The notes under the pieces were generated by a model. That model was not told where the DNA came from and made no database searches. It was given only the letters and a program-made list of their open reading frames with translations. Shown here piece after piece: positions 1-8,891 of a stretch of DNA of 33,894 nucleotides. A program made the translations under genes and the position numbers. The DNA comes from Paraspadella gotoi (lineage: Eukaryota > Animalia > Chaetognatha), in the NCBI GenBank assembly GCA_051294375.1, contig CM119271.1, positions 8,619,916-8,653,809 of the forward strand. Direction: 5' to 3'. Each line of letters opens with the position of its first letter. Within the stretch, counting starts at the first letter, position 1.

Positions 1-214
1 TGTTCTTATTTCTATTGTATTTGTTTTAATAGATTTTTGTCCGTTGGTTTTTATTATGTTGTTTACTGATATGATACATCGAACTTTTTAATAAACTTGT
101 GGCATTTCCAACGTTCGGACGTAGACAAATACTAAAGTAAGTTGGACAGACAGATATACAGACGAACAGATGGTCAGATAGACAAATTAAATTATAGATA
201 AATGAAAAAGGAAA

Positions 215-310
215 TTAATGGATGGATGGACGGATGAATGGATGAATGGATGGATGGACAGATGGAAAGGATAAATAGATTGATAGATGAATTGGATACA
301 TTGGATACAT
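215..310. repeat. Degenerate (TGGA)n/(TAGA)n tetranucleotide tract
   Basis: Direct reading. Confidence 0.8.
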
Positions 311-1281
311 ACGCAAAAAGATAATACTAGATGAATACATGCATTACATATTAGGCATTAGGCACATCTTGTCCACCCGTTTTTTCTCGAATTTTTCCCG
401 CCATGACATTTCCCTCATCACCACAAGTGGCAGCTTCTATACTTTTTGTTTTTAATCTTTTTTTTTTTTACCCAAAAAATTAATCGAAAAATCGAGTTTT
501 TCGAAGATAAAAAAATATAAGTCGAAATTATTGGCTCAAGAGTTTGTTTATCAATTTCGTTTACGGCGAGAGAGAGCCAGGCTTATTTTTTTCTTTCTTT
601 TTTTCTTTTTTCTTTTTTGGCTCGTCGTTCCTCGAGATTCACATCAAAATTAATGGACTCAATAAAAGGATGAAAATTCATGGGCAAATATGGCTCGTGA
701 AAAATGGANNNNNNNNNNNNNNNNNNNNNNNNNNNNNNNNNNNNNNNNNNNNNNNNNNNNNNNNNNNNNNNNNNNNNNNNNNNNNNNNNNNNNNNNNNNN
801 NNNNNNNNNNNNNNNNNNNNNNNNNNNNNNNNNNNNNNNNNNNNNNNNNNNNNNNNNNNNNNNNNNNNNNNNNNNNNNNNNNNNNNNNNNNNNNNNNNNN
901 NNNNNNNNNNNNNNNNNNNNNNNNNNNNNNNNNNNNNNNNNNNNNNNNNNNNNNNNNNNNNNNNNNNNNNNNNNNNNNNNNNNNNNNNNNNNNNNNNNNN
1001 NNNNNNNNNNNNNNNNNNNNNNNNNNNNNNNNNNNNNNNNNNNNNNNNNNNNNNNNNNNNNNNNNNNNNNNNNNNNNNNNNNNNNNNNNNNNNNNNNNNN
1101 NNNNNNNNNNNNNCGGCCTGTATCATTGATTCCACGCTGATTGTTTTTATCGGAAAAGAGAAAATTATATTATAAAATTTTTAATAAGTAATTATTTAAA
1201 TTATTATTAACCATTTTATTTGATTATGGCTTTGTCGCAATATGAGTCATGACTTATGTAAACTTTTACCACTTTTAGTCT

Positions 1282-1345
1282 TAACTCAGTGAGCAGGCAA
1301 AGATATGTTCCTAAATTTAAATATACTAGGTTTGATTCCCAGCCA
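1282..1345 (+). mobile_element. Possible degenerate tRNA-derived SINE head
   Basis: A-box-like TAACTCAGTGAG (1282-1293) and B-box-like GGTTTGATTCC (1329-1339) at Pol III-like spacing; no cloverleaf. Confidence 0.3.
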
Positions 1346-1677
1346 TGTATGCATTCTGGCTCTCTGTTAGTGGACTGCTTCAAATTTTCCATTAATCAGA
1401 AGTAGTTTGGAGTCTGCACACTAAATATTATAAATAATCTTAGCATAATCATACTTATAATATAAAATATTTTTTTCTAAAATTTTATTTTCATATTTAT
1501 ATTATTGTATCTCCAATTCATAAATTTGACATTCCGGCGATCATGGCATGGGTGACAATCTCGAGAAAGGAACTCGAAAAAACTTTTCACTCATCCGAAA
1601 CTCGAGTCTTGGGACTTAAATTTCTCTGTTTTTATTTCTCTCCTTTTATGAAAAATTCCTCCAAAGCGAAAAAAAAG

Positions 1678-1682
<5 letters not shown>

Positions 1683-1746
<64 letters not shown>
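1683..1746. repeat. (GA)n microsatellite, representative of dozens in the window (e.g. 2048-2155, 2876-2942, 4548-4633, 8840-8886, 12923-13010, 13141-13227, 16871-16950, 27730-27835)
   Basis: Direct reading. Confidence 0.97.
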
Positions 1747-1750
<4 letters not shown>

Positions 1751-2047
1751 TGTTAAAATTGGCACGAATTCGACTGTATATATCCGTTTTACAGCGTGAA
1801 CCGCGTTTAACGACATTGGGAAGAAAAAAGGGGAAAAATAACCGAACGATGACGGCGGTAACCTATGTTTTCGACGTCTCTCTATGCGATAATCGCTGTG
1901 CCTTTCATATTTTTATTGTTTCTAAAAAAAAAAATCCCAAAACTGTTTCTGTTTCCGAAATGAGGTTTTGTGAAAAGCGCAAAGGAAAAGGCCAACGTGG
2001 AACCGAAATCCCATCACGATTTTTACAAATGCGTAAAATTTCATAAT

Positions 2048-2078
<31 letters not shown>

Positions 2079-2104
2079 CTCTCTCTCTCTTCTCCTCTCC
2101 TCTC

Positions 2105-2145
<41 letters not shown>

Positions 2146-2723
2146 ACTCTCTCTCTTTCTCATCCTCTTCTCTTTTATTTTTGTTATTTATGTTTCAAAT
2201 TTTCCCAAAAAATTTGTTCTTCTTCTTCCAAAACAGCGACTCAGGAGCCTGGCCTCCAGATGCGAAGGCGCCAAAACGGTTGGAAATATTTTCGAGGCGC
2301 CAGAATTGGAGTTCCCTTGCCTTTCTATTACTTCTCTACGACTAGACTATTTTCTTCTCTATTGTCTTCTCTGCAGTCAGTTTTTTGAACTCCAAGAGCA
2401 CTTATCAACCTAGTGTTTTATTATTTTTTTTAAACCGTTTCAATTAAACAAAATGACCAATTCCCGATTCTTGTCTGCCAGAACGTGAAATACTATAGAA
2501 TCTTGAGAGAATTTAACTTGAATTGTAATCTTTACTTCTCAACTATTAAAAATGAGCACTATTCCACATTGAAGGTCAATTTATATTTAGTCTCTCCTTC
2601 CATTCCGACTCCACTGTACCGTTCTTTTCGCCGCCCGTCGAACGATAAATCCGCTCTCGACTGTAAATGTAAGGAATAAATTGTAAATTTCTCCCAGTTC
2701 TTCATTTTCCTTTCAACCAAGGT

Positions 2724-2766
<43 letters not shown>

Positions 2767-2873
2767 GGAGGGAGGATTGAAGCTGACAGGCTCCCGAGCA
2801 GAAATACATCATCCGCTTGTTTTGACTTTGATACCATCATTTATCACAACATCGCCGGAGCCGTGAGGATAGC

Positions 2874-2943
<70 letters not shown>

Positions 2944-4553
2944 GGCGCTTTCCTTACGCGACTCTCATAAATCAACTTCTTATGGCCTCATATGTTTTTT
3001 TTATTTTTTTCCCTCTTTTTAAAAAAAGTGCATTTTTCTTGTTCGAGTTTCTGGCGACGAGACGAGAGACGTGACCACCGCCCGGCGTTGGCGTCACGTG
3101 ACACGGCGTTGCGTCACAGAAAGGACGCGGCGTGACGTCGCTAGATGGACAAAGTCTCATGGGAGTAGCAAGAGTGGCGTAAGGATGACGTAGGAATTGC
3201 GCGGGATGGCAAAAAAGTGGTCATTGCATACAAAACTGACGCTTAAAAACACAACTGGGCGGTGACAGTGATACTGATTCACGAAGGAGTGACGATGTTT
3301 GAAGAGAACTAATCACAGACGAGAAACTATGAAAAACTCCTCTGGAGTGGCGAAGGCTGGAGGACGAACCGAAGAAAAGAAGGAGGAAAGAAAATAAATC
3401 GCGGAAAGCATTAATCTCAATACTCGAGTCTGACGAGAGGGAAATTTATAAAATTCACCCAAGCGGTTCTCTTTTTTTTTACCCTTACAATTTTTACCTC
3501 TGTTTACATTAACTTTTACAGTGCAGTGTTCATAAATATTCACAGTATTTTCCACATACTTTTTTGCTTTCCAGTTTTATTTTTTCACATTTACTCGATA
3601 ACTAAGATAAATTTTGTTTTCTAAACCACCGCCTGGGCCTAGTCACTTTTCATCTCGGGATGTTGTTGACCCCGAATTCAAACGTATAATTTTAATTCGA
3701 TGCGATGTCTATTTTCGTCTAATTTTTGTCCAACATAATCTTTTTTTTTTATTTTCGATAATCAGAAAGGCTCGATCCGCTTATCGTTCGACTTAATCCG
3801 TCCGTTCTTGTCTAATCTACTTGGCTTAATCCAACTTAATCTTGAAAGAACTTGCTTGGTCTTATCCGACCGTGCGATTCTCATTCTCTCGCGGTTTTTT
3901 TTTTCTCTGTACAACCGACTGTATTTCGTAATGGTCTTATGAAATATCCAAATTTCATTCGGCCTTCCCCTTCTCATGCAATCAGCTTCATTTCAGAGCC
4001 AAAATTCGATGGCAAGTTGGAAGGTCAGAAAGTTGCTTTAGAAACCTTACTGTAAATAAACAAATTAATATTTCTGAGAAAACATTTAATGGATACATTT
4101 GTTAATAAAATTACTCTGTAGGTTCGTAACTAATTGTTTAGTAGTATTTAAATATATGGATCGGTAATATGAGAGAGAGAGAGAGAGAGAGTGACGAAGA
4201 AGAAGATTGCCCAGAGAACGACGAGACGAGAGAGAGAGAGAGGAGAGAGTAGAGGAAGAGAGAAGAAGAGAGCGGGGTTTGATTTTAAGCCTACGGTGGC
4301 CCGAGTGTCGCATCCGTCAGACGGACCCGGTCTTCATCGGTTATGACAGCCCGTCCATTCCAAACCCGCCGTTCCATAGAGCCCGTCTTCGACATGTGAA
4401 GAAGAGAGAGAGAGAAGAGAGAGAAGAGAGAGAAGGACGAGAAGAGAGAGAGAGGAGAGTATTTGCCCGCATGCGAATTGAGGAAAAAAGCGAATGAGGC
4501 CAATTTCTTAATCTATGTCTCTCTTATTCCTAATCATCATTAGAAAGCAGAGA

Positions 4554-4594
<41 letters not shown>

Positions 4595-5313
4595 AGTAGA
4601 GAGAGAGAGATAGAGAGAGCGAGAGAGAGAGAGACGGAAACGCATATTAAAATATATAAAAAGGAAAAGCGTTTTATCATTTTATCCGGTCTTAGGGTCC
4701 CCTCTGTTCATCGGATTTTCTTTTTTTCCTTATTTTTTATTTTTTTTCTCCTCACCTGAATCTGCCAAATTCGCTCCCTCTTTCCTCTTTTCTTCACCTC
4801 TCTCCCCACACACAACCCACCTCCCACACAGTCAACTCACGACCCCCCCTCTTTCTTTCCATCTCTTTGGAATTCACCGACTCGCATCTCTTTTTCGCTT
4901 TCATCGCCCTTCACTTCGGTTTCACACATTTGGAGTGACGTGGCCTGTCATTGCTTCACTGGAGCAACAACTTATTAAATTTGACAATCTCTCTCTCTCA
5001 TCTCTCTATCCTCGTCTCTACTCTCTCTCTCTCTCTCCGTCAACGGCCGGCCTCGATATTAGAGTTGACAATGCCACCTTGATAGTTTCATCGTTGCTGA
5101 GCATCTCGTAGTGCGGGGAAAATTAGGTTTCCGCCCTTTCGTGTCCGCGGGAAGAGAAAGGGAGGGAGATAGAGAGGGAGAGAGATAAAGAAGAATAATA
5201 GAGAGGGGAAGGATAGAGATAGAGACGAAGAAGATCTGCGAGTTTACAAAAAAAAACGAAATCTTTGACTCGTTATAGATCATCGCTTTATATCATGGAA
5301 TTGTCAATATTAA

Positions 5314-5420
5314 ATATAAAATTTGTACGATCAATATAAAATTATCCATTCATTCAATAAATAAGTTATCTTTCCTATGGTGGGTTAATAGGCCACCATC
5401 ATTCAAACTTTCAATCAAGA
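5314..5420 (+). mobile_element. Interspersed repeat family A, copy 1 (most diverged)
   Basis: Shares the core AATATAAAA(A)TTATCCATTCATT(T/C)AATAAA(T/C)AAG with 16341-16445 and 21512-21630. Confidence 0.7.
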
Positions 5421-6660
5421 CTCTTTCACAGTCCAGTTTATCAACTTCCCTTTTAATAAAGGTTAATATGGTATTGTAATAAAGAATAAAAGAAGTTGTC
5501 CATCTTAAGCTCACTTTGTCCGTCAATGACAAATCCTACGTCTACATAATTACTCTAAACATATCTAAACATGATCTAAACAAGTAAACATGCCCTAGTG
5601 ACAAAAAGGGAACCCGTTCTTCCCCTCGTTAACGCGTTAACCGAATTTTCCGCGACGAATCTTCCTTTTTTTTTCCCGCGTCCACAAAAGACGAGGCACT
5701 TGAGCTTCTCCTTAACGACCCGACTGTTTTGCCGCTGTCGTTGTCGTTGTCGTCATTGACGCTGTTGTTTGTGATTTCGTCTCACTTTTTTTCCTCTTTC
5801 CGTTTTTCGTCGTTAAATTCACCTCGGCATCTGTCTCTGTTCCGTCGCCGCACCTGGCGCCTCGCCAGGCGTTTTGGCGAGGGGAGGCGCAACCTGGCAC
5901 CCGACGAACCGACTGTATCGAGGCGAACTGGCAATGGAACGAGTTCCCTCGGCCGCTCAGTTCACGAATTCAGTAAGCCAGTCGCTAAAGACTGTAACTG
6001 TAAGGCTGTGAAAGGCGGTGAAAAACGGCCCGTTTCTTTCTAGGTAAAAACGGCAAATTCGTCTATTAGCCTAAATCCTTTTCTCTCTTCCATCTTCTTT
6101 GTCACTTTCTTCTTCTAATATTCTCACCTTTTCTTTCTCCCCAGCCTCATTCTTCCCCCGCCCCCCAAAGCCACTTTCCACCTTCCTACTTCCCTTGCCC
6201 CCCGCCGATAGATCCCTGTGTCTCTCCAATCTTTCTCCATTCCCATTCTCTTTTCCCGCCCTTCCTCCTTCTCACCTCCGCCCCTCTGACATTTCCACCC
6301 CTTTCTCACCCTCCTAGACTTCCTCCACCCCACCCCACCCTCCTCTTCCCCCACCCCTCTTCCCCACACTCTCACCTTTTCCCCGCTCCCTCCCGTCCCC
6401 CAAATCGCCCTCCACTTCCAGTTTCCGCTTGGCGGCGCCTTTGATGGCGGAATTCTTGTTGCGCCGCGACTTTTATTGGTCGATTCTCGCTTCTGTGACG
6501 ACGTCGCCCCTCAATCACGGGCGACCGTCTCTCTCTCTCTCTCTCTTCTCTAGAGAGGGATGATTCACACATTCTTCTTCATCTCTCTATCTTTTCTTTT
6601 GTCTGTCTTTCTTGCTTTATTTTATTTCATTCTTTCCTTAACATTTTTTATCTCTTGCTC

Positions 6661-6700
<40 letters not shown>

Positions 6701-8635
6701 TCCCTAGTAGTTTCTTTTTGGTTAGAAACAGTTTCTGATATTCTGAATAATTGAGGATAACGACTCATAGAATCGCCGACGAGAATGGACTCTCTCTCTC
6801 TCTCTCTCTCTCATTTTCCCCCTTCTTTCCCGTTTTCGCTCGTTCATCTAATAAAAATAAATAGGAATTGCGCGCGAGGGAGTGAGAGAAGGAAAGACAC
6901 ACACACACAAAAAAAAAGAACAAGGCGATGAGGCGCTGCTGTCGTCGTCGCCGTCGTCGCATCCGGAGACATAAGACGCCAAATGAGGAGGAAAAGGCAT
7001 CGAGAGAAAGAAAAAAAAGAGCAGTTAAGGGGAAGGGGTAGTTAAACCGAGTTAAGGGGTAGTTTGAGAAAAAGAGAAAATAATAAAAAAAAAAGAATTC
7101 CCCCGGTGATTTATGATTGCGGTGAAAAACAAGGAAGAAAATAGCTAAAAATAGTAATGGGAACATTATCGCGGGAATCTTTCTTTTTTGTTCTTTCTTT
7201 TTCTCTCACCTCGTTTTTATACGAAGATACGTTTGACGAACGGGTGGAGATCGCTTGGAACGGAAACCTGTTATGAGTTACGCGTTAGGATTGTTATGAG
7301 TGGTCAGAGCTTGCTTTTTTTTTCTCTTTAGTTGTGAACAAATATTGGTTTGACCCATTAAGGTTAACGGTCAGTCACAATTGTTGCTCCAGAAATTATT
7401 TAAGAATTGAATGAAGTTTTGTCGCCATTGTTGGTCAGAAGACCTAGTAGGTTTAAAATTTAGTAATACTATTACTAAAACTAATTACTAATTACTAATA
7501 GTAATAGTTATTAAAACCCAATAATGTTATTAATGGTATTTAAACTTCATATTTCTTTTTTTTTCTAAATTTAGCTCTAAAACGTAAGGATTAAATGTCA
7601 TCTCTCCACGTTTCCCTTTCCAAAAAAAAGTTTACTGGCTTATCTCGCATGAATGGAACCTTTTCTATATACCAGAAAAAATAATATTTTCAAGCTTGAA
7701 AAGTTTTTGAGCTTTGTCGCGTTAAGACAGCCATTAAATTCGATTTTAATCTCTCACCCCAAAGATGGAGCACGATCCCGCGTCCTTAATTTTGTTGTTT
7801 TTTAAGAAAGAAGCGTCGTTAACGAGATGTTTCATCTTTTTTATATTTCGTGCGGAAGGCGGGTTGAGTCGCAAAATGAACTTTTGCTTTGTACAAAAAA
7901 AAGAAGAAAAAAAAACAGGAGAAAAAAACATCAACTGGAAATAGAAAAAAGGCATAACATTTAAAGGAAGGTGAATAAAAAGAATTAACGGGAAAAATTA
8001 GCAAACAAAACGAAGTTTTGTTTGGTTTTAAACAAAAAAGCGCAGTTTAATTTTCAATTTAAACATGCACAAGTTTGAAAAATTTAATTATTATTTAATG
8101 AAAAACAACGTTCCAAGCTTCAACGGCTCAGTAGGACAACGCAGTCCTGCTTATTGACTTCAAATTATTGCAGTCATTTATAAATAATGCCTATAAAACT
8201 GCCTACATAAAATTACTGGTNNNNNNNNNNNNNNNNNNNNNNNNNCAGCTAGTCCTGCAACCATCACAGAATTCTGAAGCCAGCCACTTCGCAAAATTCC
8301 GCAAGATCTCCATCACAGAACGACGCAACTATCCCTTCACANNNNNNNNNNNNNNNNNNNNNNNNNNNNNNNNNNNNNNNNNNNNNNNNNNNNNNNNNNN
8401 NNNNNNNNNNNNNNNNNNNNNNNNNNNNNNNNNNNNNNNNNNNNNNNNNNNNNNNNNNNNNNNNNNNNNNNNNNNNNNNNNNNNNNNNNNNNNNNNNNNN
8501 NNNNNNNNNNNNNNNNNNNNNNNNNNNNNNNNNNNNNNNNNNNNNNNNNNNNNNNNNNNNNNNNNNNNNNNNNNNNNNNNNNNNNNNNNNNNNNNNNNNN
8601 NNNNNNNNNNNNNNNNNNNNNNNNNNNNNNNNNNN

Positions 8636-8663
8636 AACGGTCGGTGGATTTTAGTCCACCATA
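8636..8663. mobile_element. Family B right end (remainder in gap), inside intron 6 of the gene
   Basis: AACGGTCGGTGGATTTTAGTCCACCATA matches 14145-14172 at 27 of 28 nt; similarity stops after CCACCATA. Confidence 0.7.
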
Positions 8664-8671
8664 AATTTAAC

Positions 8672-8824
8672 CTTATTGTAGACGAAGACGAAGTTTGTGG
8701 AGAAGTTTGAATATCGCAACCAATCCATGTATTGCTTGATGGCTTCTGCTTGAACTCGCTCGATCCGACCAGAGCAGACGACGACGACGACGTCGAGGTA
8801 CATCACGTTCACTTTCACGCGATC
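8672..8824 (-). CDS. Exon 6 (DRVKVNVMYLDVVVVVCSGRIERVQAEAIKQYMDWLRYSNFSTNFVFVYNK): strand 4, GR motif and start of G4
   Basis: Absent from the ORF track and translated by hand. Open in phase 0 and ends FVFVYNK|GTTAAA. The acceptor reads CCCCCG| rather than AG. Confidence 0.8.
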
Positions 8825-8839
8825 CGGGGGAAAGAGAGG

Positions 8840-8891
<52 letters not shown>

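Noticed and set aside
544-1175. Long ORFs spanning N-gaps (also near 17360, 19325 and 27631)
   Set aside because: Open only because Ns contain no stops.
2237-2278. Possible 42-nt plus-strand micro-exon (AAACAG|...ACG|GTTGGA)
   Set aside because: Weak donor, no partner exons and no recognisable peptide.
1543-2970. RERE.../SLSL... ORFs here and throughout the window
   Set aside because: Translations of (GA)n/(CT)n microsatellites with no domain signal.
7746-7880. Minus ORF ending ...KIKDAGSCSIFGVRD* as the terminal exon of the GTPase gene
   Set aside because: AT-rich unlike the true exons, poor acceptor, does not complete G4, and CSIF is not terminal so it is not a CaaX box. Not fully excluded.
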